From contig JBGAGE010000012.1 in the NCBI GenBank assembly GCA_044226865.1, positions 63,523 to 127,522 on the forward strand: 64,000 nt of DNA, written 5' to 3'. The translations under genes were made by a program, and so were the position numbers. The stretch is from Steroidobacteraceae bacterium. GTDB taxonomy: Bacteria; Pseudomonadota; Gammaproteobacteria; Steroidobacterales; Steroidobacteraceae. Below the pieces are notes generated by a model. It was not told where the DNA came from, ran no database searches, and saw only the letters and a program-made list of their open reading frames with translations. Shown piece after piece: positions 28,142 through 36,811 of this stretch (positions are counted from its first letter, which is position 1; every line of letters begins with the position of its first letter).

Positions 28142-28345
28142 TCGTCGTTCGAGTTGCCTTCGCTCCGGTATTGCAATTAGGTGCCGGTTGTTTCACCGGG
28201 AAGTCTCCGCGGTTTGCAAGGCAGAGTTTGTAGTGTAACTCGACCCATTCTCAGTATTCAGTTGGTGGCTTTCGTCCTTTACGGTTGAGCGGCGTCTGAG
28301 AGATGCAGGCTCGATTGGCAGCTTTCGGCTGTGGAGGAGGACACG

Positions 28346-28633
28346 ATGGCAGACATTCTGCTTTCGATTGATGAGGCTCGGATCCGGCTGGGTGGGATTT
28401 CTCGCAACAGTTTTTATTTCTTGATGCGCTCTGCGGTTTTGGCGAGCGTGACCATCGGGTGTCTGCGGTTTGTTTCTGGCAGTGCTATCGATGCATTGAT
28501 TCGAAACTCGAGCACGACAGCCATTGCTTCCGTTGACCAGGTGCGCTGTCATCGGCTTCTGCAGGTGGGCTTGGTGGGCATTGGGGTAGGGGCGGCGGCA
28601 CGTCGTGGGCATCATAATTCGGGTGGCGCATGA
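28346..28633 (+). CDS. excisionase-family/MerR-like HTH protein
   Basis: ATG sits 5 nt after GGAGGAGG. LLSIDEARIRLGGISRNSFYFLMRSAVLASVTIG resembles the excisionase-type DNA-binding domain. Confidence 0.45.
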   Translation: MADILLSIDEARIRLGGISRNSFYFLMRSAVLASVTIGCLRFVSGSAIDALIRNSSTTAIASVDQVRCHRLLQVGLVGIGVGAAARRGHHNSGGA

Positions 28634-28732
28634 GCACGGCGAGCGTGCTCGTTGGGGGAGGAGGGCAGTCTGCGGGTGAGTCCGTGATTGCTCTGGGGAA
28701 TGGTGTTGTTCTGTTGATGGCAGGATAGCGAG

Positions 28733-29317
28733 ATGTCCGCATCATGCAGCACACACATTACAGTACCGGCGGACGATGACCTCTATTCGCCTCGCGAATC
28801 GATCACAGTGCGGCTCTCCGGGCATGAGAAAGACCGATTCCAACTCCTGGCCGAGGCTCGAGGGATGTCCGACGCGCGGTTGGGGTTGATCGCTTTCCGT
28901 CGCTTGTTGGACGAAGTGCCTCCGGCCTTTCCCTCCACCGATTGGGAGGACGAAACAGCGTCAGAGCGCATCACCATTCGCCTGCGCCCAGGGGACCGGC
29001 GGCGGGTTCGCGAGCGCGCTCTGGCGCGCCGGATGCGCGATGCGGGGTATCTGGCAGCCCTGGTCCGGGCCCACGTCGTGGCGAATCCGCCACTACCCAA
29101 ATCTGAGATCGACGAGCTGAAGCAGGCCATTGGTGCCCTGGTCCGATCGATTGCCGATCTGTCGACCTGCGCCCGAGAGCTCTCTCGTCATCGCGAGCAC
29201 ACCGCCACGGTCTGGGATGAGGTCCGCAAGACCCGCGAACGGGTCATCGCGCTAGAACGGCAATTCCACGCCTACACCAAGGCGGCGGTGATCGCCTGGG
29301 AGGCCTCCAGTGTCTAA
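28733..29317 (+). CDS. MobC-like relaxosome accessory protein (two ribbon-helix-helix-like segments)
   Basis: ITVRLSGHEKDRFQLLAEARGMS and ITIRLRPGDRRRVRERALARRMRDAGYLAALVR. Its stop overlaps the relaxase start. Confidence 0.55.
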   Translation: MSASCSTHITVPADDDLYSPRESITVRLSGHEKDRFQLLAEARGMSDARLGLIAFRRLLDEVPPAFPSTDWEDETASERITIRLRPGDRRRVRERALARRMRDAGYLAALVRAHVVANPPLPKSEIDELKQAIGALVRSIADLSTCARELSRHREHTATVWDEVRKTRERVIALERQFHAYTKAAVIAWEASSV

Positions 29318-30353
29318 GCGAGTCGTCCGCCTGCCAGGTCGTTCCGGGTTTGCGATCGTGAGCCACGGCCGGCGTGGTGCCTTTGCGTATTCGTTCAGCC
29401 CAGCGCAGATCGCTCAGATTGCCCGCACCGTCCGCCGCGCGCCGGAGGTGATGGTCAAGGTCACGGGCGGGGGTGCGAAGGTCGGCGCGGTGGCTTCGCA
29501 TCTGCGCTACATCGGCCGGCAGGGCGAACTTGAGGTGGAGAACGATGAGGGACGCCATCTTAAAGACCGAACGGAGCTGAACGCGTTGCTCGATGACTGG
29601 CGCCTGGACCTGACCTCCGGCCAGTATCGGCCCAAGAACGCGCAGCGGGCTTCCCGCTCCTCTAAGCTCGTGCACAACATCGTCTTGTCGATGCCTTCGC
29701 GGACGCCGCCGGACAAGGTGCTCAATGCCGCCAAGAAGTTCGCCCAGGAGCGGTTCGCGTTGCAGCATCGATACGCTCTGGTGCTGCATTCCGATCAAGC
29801 CAATCCCCATGTGCACCTGGTCGTGAAGGCCGAAAGCGAGCAGGGCAAGCGCTTACATATCGACAAAGCGATGCTGCGCGACTGGCGGGAGCAGTTTGCC
29901 GAGCTGATGCGCGAGCAGGGGATCGCGGCCAATGCCACGCCGCGGGCGGTGCGGGGGAAGAATCCACGCAAAGGTCCCCGAGGGTTGTTCGCGGCACGCG
30001 AGCACGGGGAATCCACACTCGACCGTCGGCGGATCGAGGGTGTCGTGCGGGATCTACATGAAGACCCGCGGGCGCTGGCGGACCCCAAACTTCGTCGTTT
30101 GCGTGAAACCCGCAAGGCGTTGGTCGATGAATGGGCAGAGGTCGCCACCCGGCTCGAGAACCAAGGCGAACGCCACTTGGCGCGGGAGGTGCGCGAGTTC
30201 ATGGAGCACTTACCGACGGCGGCGACAGACCGGCAGAAGTTGGCGCTGCGCTTTCTGGAGTTTAAGAAGCAACAGAACGCAACACAACGCGACGGAATGC
30301 AACCAGAAGTCCCCCCGGCGAGGCAAGGGCATGACATCGAGTTGACGCGATGA
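29310..30353 (+). CDS. relaxase/mobilization nuclease (MobA/VirD2 family)
   Basis: HSDQANPHVHLVV histidine triad (HxDxxxxHxH), HLRYIGR candidate catalytic Tyr, and a GTG start 6 nt after GGGAGG. Confidence 0.75.
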   Translation: MSKRVVRLPGRSGFAIVSHGRRGAFAYSFSPAQIAQIARTVRRAPEVMVKVTGGGAKVGAVASHLRYIGRQGELEVENDEGRHLKDRTELNALLDDWRLDLTSGQYRPKNAQRASRSSKLVHNIVLSMPSRTPPDKVLNAAKKFAQERFALQHRYALVLHSDQANPHVHLVVKAESEQGKRLHIDKAMLRDWREQFAELMREQGIAANATPRAVRGKNPRKGPRGLFAAREHGESTLDRRRIEGVVRDLHEDPRALADPKLRRLRETRKALVDEWAEVATRLENQGERHLAREVREFMEHLPTAATDRQKLALRFLEFKKQQNATQRDGMQPEVPPARQGHDIELTR

Positions 30354-30490
30354 TCCCGACAAGAATAACCAGGGGCCGGATTTTGGCCGTCAACTCATAC
30401 CAATCTAGGGATGTCACCCAGCTTCGAGTTGCGTCAACCTAACGCATCGGAAATGTCCGAGGATTTCGCTTGTCACAAAGGAGTCGCGTC

Positions 30491-30736
30491 ATGAGCATAT
30501 CGAAAACGGCGTCAAGCACCGTACCGGCCCAGCATTCGCGAGTACTGCGGTTGCCGCAGGTCTGCGCACTCACCGGTCTGGGTCGCTCCATCATCTATCA
30601 GATGCAAGCGGAACGCCGATTTCCTCAGCGTGTCCGGCTCACTGATCGAGCAGTGGGGTGGATGGAAAACGAGGTTCTTGAATGGCTCGCGACGAGAGCG
30701 GCGGACAGGGCGAAGGGCGATAAGACGGCCGGGTGA
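30491..30736 (+). CDS. AlpA family transcriptional regulator
   Basis: RVLRLPQVCALTGLGRSIIYQMQAERRFPQRVRLTDRAVGWMENEVLEWL is a typical AlpA/phage-regulator HTH. ATG preceded by AAGGAG. Confidence 0.8.
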   Translation: MSISKTASSTVPAQHSRVLRLPQVCALTGLGRSIIYQMQAERRFPQRVRLTDRAVGWMENEVLEWLATRAADRAKGDKTAG

Positions 30737-30746
30737 TGGCGTGACG

Positions 30747-30908
30747 CTACGGCTGCTTCGCCACAAGCTTGCCGTTTTCGACAACGTAGATTGGGGTGCC
30801 GTACATCTTGGCGACTTTGCGTGCGTCCTTAGCCGCAAGCCGTAATGCGTGCCCGGCTCGATCCGCAAAGCTGACACCTTTTCGGGCGCGGCGTGATTTA
30901 GCTTTCAT
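30747..30908 (-). CDS. 53-aa hypothetical protein, possible partner of the zeta-like ATPase
   Basis: Below the ORF-track size cutoff, so I translated it myself: MKAKSRRARKGVSFADRAGHALRLAAKDARKVAKMYGTPIYVVENGKLVAKQP. Its ATG overlaps the zeta-like gene's stop (ATGA at 30905-30908). Confidence 0.4.
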   Translation of the reverse strand: MKAKSRRARKGVSFADRAGHALRLAAKDARKVAKMYGTPIYVVENGKLVAKQP

Positions 30909-31432
30909 CGACTCTTCTCCACCAGCTGTGGCGTTGAACCCGAATTATCGTACACCGCCCACTCGTCCGCCAATGTTCGGTAGACCTTCTGAAAGTTCGT
31001 CCACCCCCGCGTGAATCGCCGTTCCAGGTCGGCTCGGGGCACATCATGTCCACCCTGTTTGACGCGCGCTTTCACGCGCTGCCAGGCGACGCGAGAAGAA
31101 CTAAGTCGTAGATACAGGATCTCGACCCGGTATCCGGCTCGCTTCCATCTTGAGAGCCGCAGCGCATACGCCAGTCCGCTCAAGGTACTCTCGAAGGCGA
31201 AGCTCTCGCGCTCGTTCGCCAGGCGATCGATTTCCTTCAAGACGAGCCGGGCGGCCGCGATGGCGGCCAGCTCGGGTTTAATAGGAGAGAGACCCGCGGC
31301 GATCAGGTCAGCGTTCACGAAGTTCACGATGCCAGACGCTTCGGATAAGAAACGGCGTGCAAAAGTGGTTTTGCCAGCGCCATTCGGGCCGGCAATCACG
31401 ACGACCAGCGGATGCCGCGCCCGCTCGGCCAC
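30905..31432 (-). CDS. zeta-toxin-like P-loop kinase/ATPase
   Basis: Walker A in VVIAGPNGAGKTTF. The size (175 aa) and layout fit the zeta toxin/AAA_33-like family. Its start codon directly abuts the integrase stop. Confidence 0.75.
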   Translation of the reverse strand: MAERARHPLVVVIAGPNGAGKTTFARRFLSEASGIVNFVNADLIAAGLSPIKPELAAIAAARLVLKEIDRLANERESFAFESTLSGLAYALRLSRWKRAGYRVEILYLRLSSSRVAWQRVKARVKQGGHDVPRADLERRFTRGWTNFQKVYRTLADEWAVYDNSGSTPQLVEKSR

Positions 31433-32641
31433 TCAAGCCGCCCGCTTCGTCGAAGGCAGCGTGATCACCGTCGCACCGCTGCGCAACGAATCGAGCGTGT
31501 CTGCCCAGCTTTGCATCATCTTGCGGCGCTCCGGCAAGTGCTCGGCGTAGTTGTAAGCAGCTCGGACGGCATCGCGCTCGCCGTGCGCCAGCTGCCGCTC
31601 GATGGCATCACGATGCCAGCCTTGTTCGTTGAGCAGAGTGGAAGCGGTAGAGCGGAATCCATGCACCGTCACCGCGCCTTGCTCGAAGCCCATCCGTCGT
31701 AGCGCGGAGAGCAAGGCGTTGTCCGACAGCGGACGCAGATTGCTTCGAGGGCTCGGAAACACGAAGCGGCCTTCACCCGTGATGGGCTCGATCTCGCGCA
31801 GGACCGCGATCGCTTGGGTGGAGAGCGGCACGATGTGCTGCTGGCGCATCTTCATGCGGCCGGCAGCAATCCGCCATTCGCAGGCCTCGAAGTTGAATTC
31901 CGACCACTCTGCCGCGCGCAACTCGCCCGGCCGCACGAAGACCAGGGGCGCCAGGCGCAGCGCGCAGCGCACGACCGGTGACCCATCGTAGGAATCGATG
32001 GCACGAAGCAGCTCACCAATCTTGCGGGGATCGGTATAGGAGGCCAGGTGTTTCTCCGCGGCCGGTGGGATGGCCCCGCGCAAGTCCGCGGCTGGGTCGC
32101 GCTCGGCGCGCCCCGTGGCCACGGCGTATCGGAACACGCGGCTGCAGTTCTGCAAGGCGCGATGCGCCGTCTCCAGATGCCCATCGCCTTCCAAGCGGCG
32201 CAGGCACGCCAGGATCTCCTGCGCCGCAATCTTGGCAATCGGCTTGGCGCCGATGAACGGGAACAGGTACAGCTCCAGCCGGCGAATGATCTTCTCGGAA
32301 TGCCCGGGCGCCCAGTTGCGTGAGAACTTCTCGAACCACTCCCGTGAGATCGCCTCGAAGGTATTCGTGGCGGCCTCCTCCTCGGCGCGCCGCTTCGCCC
32401 CGGGATCGATCCCATCCGCCAACTGGCGCCGGGCGGCGTCCCGTCGCTCTCTGGCTTGCTTGAGGGACACATCCGGATAGGTGCCCAAGGACAGGAGCTT
32501 CTCCTTGCCGTCCACCCGGTATTTGAGCCGCCACCAGCGACCTCCGTTCGGCATCACCATCAGGAACAGGCCGCGCTGGTCGTACAGCTTGTAGGCCTTA
32601 TCGCGTGATTTAGTGGCTTTAATCGCAGTGTCGGAGAGCAT
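31433..32641 (-). CDS. P4/CP4-57-type tyrosine integrase
   Basis: N-terminal LSDTAIKATKSRDKAYKLYDQRGLFLMVMPNGGRWWRLKYR and C-terminal HGFRSTASTLL...AYNY catalytic residues. Start set to ATG at 32641. The ORF-track start at 32839 would run into the tRNA. Confidence 0.9.
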   Translation of the reverse strand: MLSDTAIKATKSRDKAYKLYDQRGLFLMVMPNGGRWWRLKYRVDGKEKLLSLGTYPDVSLKQARERRDAARRQLADGIDPGAKRRAEEEAATNTFEAISREWFEKFSRNWAPGHSEKIIRRLELYLFPFIGAKPIAKIAAQEILACLRRLEGDGHLETAHRALQNCSRVFRYAVATGRAERDPAADLRGAIPPAAEKHLASYTDPRKIGELLRAIDSYDGSPVVRCALRLAPLVFVRPGELRAAEWSEFNFEACEWRIAAGRMKMRQQHIVPLSTQAIAVLREIEPITGEGRFVFPSPRSNLRPLSDNALLSALRRMGFEQGAVTVHGFRSTASTLLNEQGWHRDAIERQLAHGERDAVRAAYNYAEHLPERRKMMQSWADTLDSLRSGATVITLPSTKRAA

Positions 32642-32806
32642 TTTGGGGGTCACTCCTTTTCGCCCGGTGCTGTTACCCCACATAGTTACCCCCAAGCCCT
32701 TGTGGCTGTCAACGGAAGCCAGCGGCGCGCCGAGGCTGAAGAATCCGGCGTTTTCGAGCAAAATCAGCGATTTGTGGAAGTGGGCGGAAGCCGGCGGAAG
32801 GGGTAT

Positions 32807-32882
<76 letters not shown>

Positions 32883-33044
32883 TCGAAGGGCGGCTATTAA
32901 ACACGCCCGGAGGCTCGAACGTCAAGGAATCCACCAAAATCAGGTACTTAATGCTCGATGCCTGGGCTGGCAAGCAACAAATCGCCGCAAAAATAGTTGG
33001 CTTCTGTCAAATGCCGGGGTCAAGCGAGGGCTCAAGGCGTCGAT

Positions 33045-33299
33045 ATGCTGGGCATGAACCCCATCGCCAGCATTCCCTCGGTCAGTGCGCCCAGCGCATT
33101 GGATAGCGGCCGTAGAGCGCTCGACAAGAGTCAGCAGCGATTGAACCGCGATGCTCAGCAGATCGCGAATCCCGATCGCGAGGATCTCGCAACGCCGTTG
33201 GTCGATTCAAAGCGCGCGCTGCGCGAGGCGCAGGCCGGCGCCGCCATCATCAGGGCTGCCGACAAGATGCTCGGTTCGTTGCTCGACGAGCTGGCCTGA
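33045..33299 (+). CDS. hypothetical small protein
   Basis: ORF with an internal ATG (MLGMNPIASI...). No recognised family. Confidence 0.3.
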   Translation: MLGMNPIASIPSVSAPSALDSGRRALDKSQQRLNRDAQQIANPDREDLATPLVDSKRALREAQAGAAIIRAADKMLGSLLDELA

Positions 33300-33345
33300 T
33301 CATCGCGGGAAGCGGCCTCGCCGGCTCCCCGATCCGAGTCGCGCT

Positions 33346-33582
33346 CTAACCGGCGCTCGCCCAACGCTCCGCCGGCTTTTCCTTTGCGTGCAGCATTTGC
33401 TGCCGCGACGCGTGCGCTTGTTGCACCGCTTCGCGGATGTGATCAGGGCATTGGGAGAGTTGCCGGCGCAAAGCCAGAAGTTCCCGCTCTTCGGTGATTC
33501 GAATGCCACCTGGCCGCTTCATCGCCGCCTCGATTTCCAGTTGCCGGTTCAACAGGCTCAGGGCTTCAGACACGGTTTCCAT
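33346..33582 (-). CDS. hypothetical coiled-coil protein
   Basis: 78-aa ORF directly downstream of the KfrA-like gene on the same strand. No recognised family. Confidence 0.35.
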   Translation of the reverse strand: METVSEALSLLNRQLEIEAAMKRPGGIRITEERELLALRRQLSQCPDHIREAVQQAHASRQQMLHAKEKPAERWASAG

Positions 33583-33638
33583 TCCTCATCTCCTTCATTG
33601 AATTCGCATTGGTCATTTTTCTAATCGATCGACACTGA

Positions 33639-34352
33639 TCACCGCGGACGCCGGCGCTTGGCCGGCTTCCTGGCTTTTGGGGAAATGCGCGCTGCGGCCT
33701 TCGGTCCGCGCCTGATCTTCGAGCGGCGGCGCGGCCGGGCCTTGGGAGGCCGCGCTGAACGTTGCGCAGCCCTCGGGCGCGCCGTTTGCGCCAGGCGATG
33801 CCGTAGGAGATCGGCTTCCAATTCCGCGATGCGCTTGGCCTGCGACTGGCGGGTACGCTGCTCCTTCTGCAGCAGGACTCCCAGAGTGCGCAGCTGCGCC
33901 TGCAGATCCTCGAGGGCACGCTCGCGATCCTTCAGGCGTGAATCCAACTCGCCCTCGCGCAGGCTGAGAACGTGCGATCGCACCTCGTACGCATCTTTCG
34001 CTTGCGCGGCGTTGCGCGTTTCGGTTTGCAGCTCCAGGGCGGCGCGCCGGCGGCCTTCCTCCAATGCCTGCAGCCACAGGCTCTCCGCGATGTGCGCGAC
34101 GCCCTCTGGCAGGCGATGCAGGGCGGTGGGGCCCGCATCCAGCCGGCTCGCCAGGCGCTTCCACCACGCATCGAGCAGCGGATTGACGGTGTTCGGCGAA
34201 CCGCCGCCGAGTGCCACGCGGATTTTCTCGACCGTGGGCCGCTCTCCCTGGCGCAGCAAGGCATCCGCGGCGCGCTCGACATTTGCGGCGCTGACGACGC
34301 GTGCGGCGCCGGTAGGAGCGGGCGGAGGGGCGGCAGGATCAGTCACATACAT
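33639..34352 (-). CDS. KfrA-like DNA-binding protein
   Basis: The N-terminal ERAADALLRQGERPTVEKIRVALGGGSPNTVNPLLDAWW matches the KfrA N-terminal DNA-binding domain. It is followed by a long coiled coil and a basic tail. Confidence 0.7.
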   Translation of the reverse strand: MYVTDPAAPPPAPTGAARVVSAANVERAADALLRQGERPTVEKIRVALGGGSPNTVNPLLDAWWKRLASRLDAGPTALHRLPEGVAHIAESLWLQALEEGRRRAALELQTETRNAAQAKDAYEVRSHVLSLREGELDSRLKDRERALEDLQAQLRTLGVLLQKEQRTRQSQAKRIAELEADLLRHRLAQTARPRAAQRSARPPKARPRRRSKIRRGPKAAARISPKARKPAKRRRPR

Positions 34353-34355
34353 AAT

Positions 34356-34377
34356 TTACAGCATACGTATGCTGTAA
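34356..34377. promoter_or_regulatory. 22-bp perfect palindrome (candidate operator)
   Basis: ttacagcatacgtatgctgtaa. It lies in the AT-rich divergent region between the KfrA-like gene (start 34352) and the recombinase gene (start 34492). Confidence 0.5.
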
Positions 34378-34491
34378 TATATGTTATCTTTTTACTATTG
34401 ATAACAGCACCTATCACTAGTGAAAATTCTCAGGTAGGCTTGTCGACGTCCGGTGAGAGCAGGAAACACCGGTCCCAGGAGAAGTCTTCTT

Positions 34492-35514
34492 ATGGCGAAG
34501 CGATTGCCGGCGCAGGCCAAGCGAGCCGCATCCGATGCAACTTCGGCGCTATCCGCATGGCACGTCATGGCGGAAGGCGCCTTTGCCGCCAATACGCGGC
34601 GCGCCTGGCGCGCCGATTGGCAGCTCTTCAGTGCCTACTGCTCTTTGCAGGCGCAGTGCTCGCTGCCCGCATCACCGGACACGATCCGCGCGTTCGTGCT
34701 TGCGTGCGCTGAGCAAGGAAAGCGGCCGGCAACCATCCGTCGCTATACCTCCACGATCGGCCGCGCGCATCGCGCCGCCAATCTCGATGACCCCACGCAT
34801 CGGGAAGAGGTGCGTCTCGCGATGAAGGAACTGGGCCGGCGGCTCAGAGGCCGCCAGCGCCAGGCACGCGCGCTCACCTGGAACGAGATTGGCCGGTTCC
34901 TGCAGCAAGAGCCCCGCGATCTGCGAGATCATCGCGATCGCGCGCTGGTGGCGGTGGCCTACGACACCCTGTGCCGCAGGCAGGAGCTGGTCAGCCTGAT
35001 GATCGAGGATCTGACCGAGGCACCCGATGGGTCCGCCACCGTGTTGATCCGCCGTTCCAAGACCGATCCCCTGGGCGAGGGTGCGCAGGCGTACCTAGCT
35101 CCCACCACCTTGGCGCTGCTGCGGCATTGGTTGGGCGCGGCGCAGCTTCGCCATGGGCCACTGTTCCGTCGCGTGACGGGTCAGCGCGTCCGAGGCGAGG
35201 AATTGACCGCGCAGGTGGTCAGTTCCATCTTCAGAAGGGTGGGATTGCAAATCGGACTGCCGGCGGAGGAATGCCGGAATCTGTCGGGCCATTCCACGCG
35301 AGTGGGCGCCGCGCAGGACTTGATCGCATTGAACATCGACCTCGCCGCCGTGATGCAATCGGGTCGTTGGAAGGACACGCGCATGCCCATGCGCTACGCG
35401 GAGCACGTGCTGGCGGCCCGCGGTGCAATGGCAAGAGCCGCCAAGGCTCAAGGCCGCTCACCCGACACGCCGGTGCCGGCATCGTCCCAGCGCGCGGATG
35501 TATCGATCAGTTGA
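34492..35514 (+). CDS. tyrosine site-specific recombinase
   Basis: LSGHSTRVGAAQDL (HxxR) and GRWKDTRMPMRYAEH (catalytic Tyr). ATG at 34492 sits 7 nt after AGGAGAAG. Confidence 0.8.
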   Translation: MAKRLPAQAKRAASDATSALSAWHVMAEGAFAANTRRAWRADWQLFSAYCSLQAQCSLPASPDTIRAFVLACAEQGKRPATIRRYTSTIGRAHRAANLDDPTHREEVRLAMKELGRRLRGRQRQARALTWNEIGRFLQQEPRDLRDHRDRALVAVAYDTLCRRQELVSLMIEDLTEAPDGSATVLIRRSKTDPLGEGAQAYLAPTTLALLRHWLGAAQLRHGPLFRRVTGQRVRGEELTAQVVSSIFRRVGLQIGLPAEECRNLSGHSTRVGAAQDLIALNIDLAAVMQSGRWKDTRMPMRYAEHVLAARGAMARAAKAQGRSPDTPVPASSQRADVSIS

Positions 35515-35541
35515 AAACGTCGCGCGGCCGGGGCGGCAGCT

Positions 35542-35871
35542 CTACCGGCCGCGATTCCCCGACAACACCGTCACCAGGTGCTGTTCGCTCGGCGCTACGT
35601 AGGTGTTCTCGCGATAAGTGACCTTGCCGTCGACCTTGACCTCGACCGTGTGCATGCCCGGTTCCACGGTGACCAGCAGCGGCTTACCGGGCGTGGTGCT
35701 GGCGGTGGCCACTTCCGTGCCATCGACAAGAAGCACCGAACTGACCGGCGCGCCGGTGACCACCAATTGCGTCGGGTCAGCAGGAACTGGCTGCTTGTGA
35801 AAGAAGTGCTTGTTGTGCCACCAGCTGCAGCCGGTGAGGAACAGCATCGGAATCAAGTATCGTAATTTCAA
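35542..35871 (-). CDS. PEGA-domain lipoprotein
   Basis: A TTG start gives MKLRYLIPMLFLTGC (signal peptide plus lipobox). VEPGMHTVEVKVDG is PEGA-like. Confidence 0.55.
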   Translation of the reverse strand: MKLRYLIPMLFLTGCSWWHNKHFFHKQPVPADPTQLVVTGAPVSSVLLVDGTEVATASTTPGKPLLVTVEPGMHTVEVKVDGKVTYRENTYVAPSEQHLVTVLSGNRGR

Positions 35872-36046
35872 GCAGCTTCCCCGCACCCGACGATGCGGCA
35901 ACCATGCCACAGAGTCGCTGCGCAGGGCAATGCCGCACCATGCGCATGGCTGTGATTGTCGGCGCGCGGAGACGTGCGCGTGTGGCTACCGCTGTCCCCG
36001 GCCGCCGCCCGCCCCGCAGATGCAGCACCGTTTCGTGCGTTGCGCG

Positions 36047-36811
36047 TCAAGCCGCATCGACGATGGGCTCGTGGGCTCCGCTCTTGCCGTGTTGCCAATA
36101 GCCCGCTGCCTTCACCCAGCGCTTATCGACGTTCCGCTCCTCGACGAAGTAGCGCCGCAGGGCGCGGGCCGCTCGCGTTTCGGTGGCGATCCACACGAAA
36201 CTTCGGTCAACCGGGAACGACAATGTGCGCAGCGTATCGATGAGGCGCTGCGCGGGTTGCAGGGCTTCGGCGCCACGGTGCACCCAATGCACCTCAGTTC
36301 GAGAGGCGCCGCCGAGCGTAGTCAGCTCCGCGCCGGGCTCAACTTCCGCCACGACCAGCGCCTGGCTCGAGCGCGGCAACTCATCGAGCCGCCTGCCGAT
36401 GGCGGGCAGGGCGGACTCATCGCCGATCAACACATGGGTATCGATGCCCGCGATCGGGATGATGCTCGAGCCTTTCGGTCCGGCGATTTCCAGCGTCTGT
36501 CCGACGGCGGCCTGCGCGGCCCATCGCGCGGCGGGGCCGGCGGTGTGCATGTGAAAGTCGATCCACAATTCGCCGGCGGCGGCGTTATAGCGCCTTGGCG
36601 TGAAGTCGCGCATGGCGGGATTCCCCGGCGCGTCGCCGGGAAAGAACAGCTTCACGTGGTCATCGAAGCCGAGCGAGGTGAGACCCTGCAGCTCGGCACC
36701 GGTGAAGACGATGCGCACCATCCGGGGTGCGAGAGGTTGCACGCGCTCGACGCGCAGCGAGCGGCGGCGGATCTCGTGGCGCACTCGTACGATGGCAGGT
36801 GCGTCACTCAT
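36047..36811 (-). CDS. siderophore-interacting protein (FAD-binding, ViuB/SIP family)
   Basis: 254 aa. RRYNAAAGELWIDFHMH (the RxYT/S-like FAD motif region) and IGDESALPAI. Its start overlaps the PadR stop by 8 nt. Confidence 0.8.
   Translation of the reverse strand: MSDAPAIVRVRHEIRRRSLRVERVQPLAPRMVRIVFTGAELQGLTSLGFDDHVKLFFPGDAPGNPAMRDFTPRRYNAAAGELWIDFHMHTAGPAARWAAQAAVGQTLEIAGPKGSSIIPIAGIDTHVLIGDESALPAIGRRLDELPRSSQALVVAEVEPGAELTTLGGASRTEVHWVHRGAEALQPAQRLIDTLRTLSFPVDRSFVWIATETRAARALRRYFVEERNVDKRWVKAAGYWQHGKSGAHEPIVDAA

Noticed and set aside
28259-28277. ttggtggc, a possible third partial copy of the tRNA-Phe 3' end that would split the island into two tandem elements
   Set aside because: Only 8 nt match the att core, which is well within chance expectation. 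I keep the idea of a composite island only as a comment.
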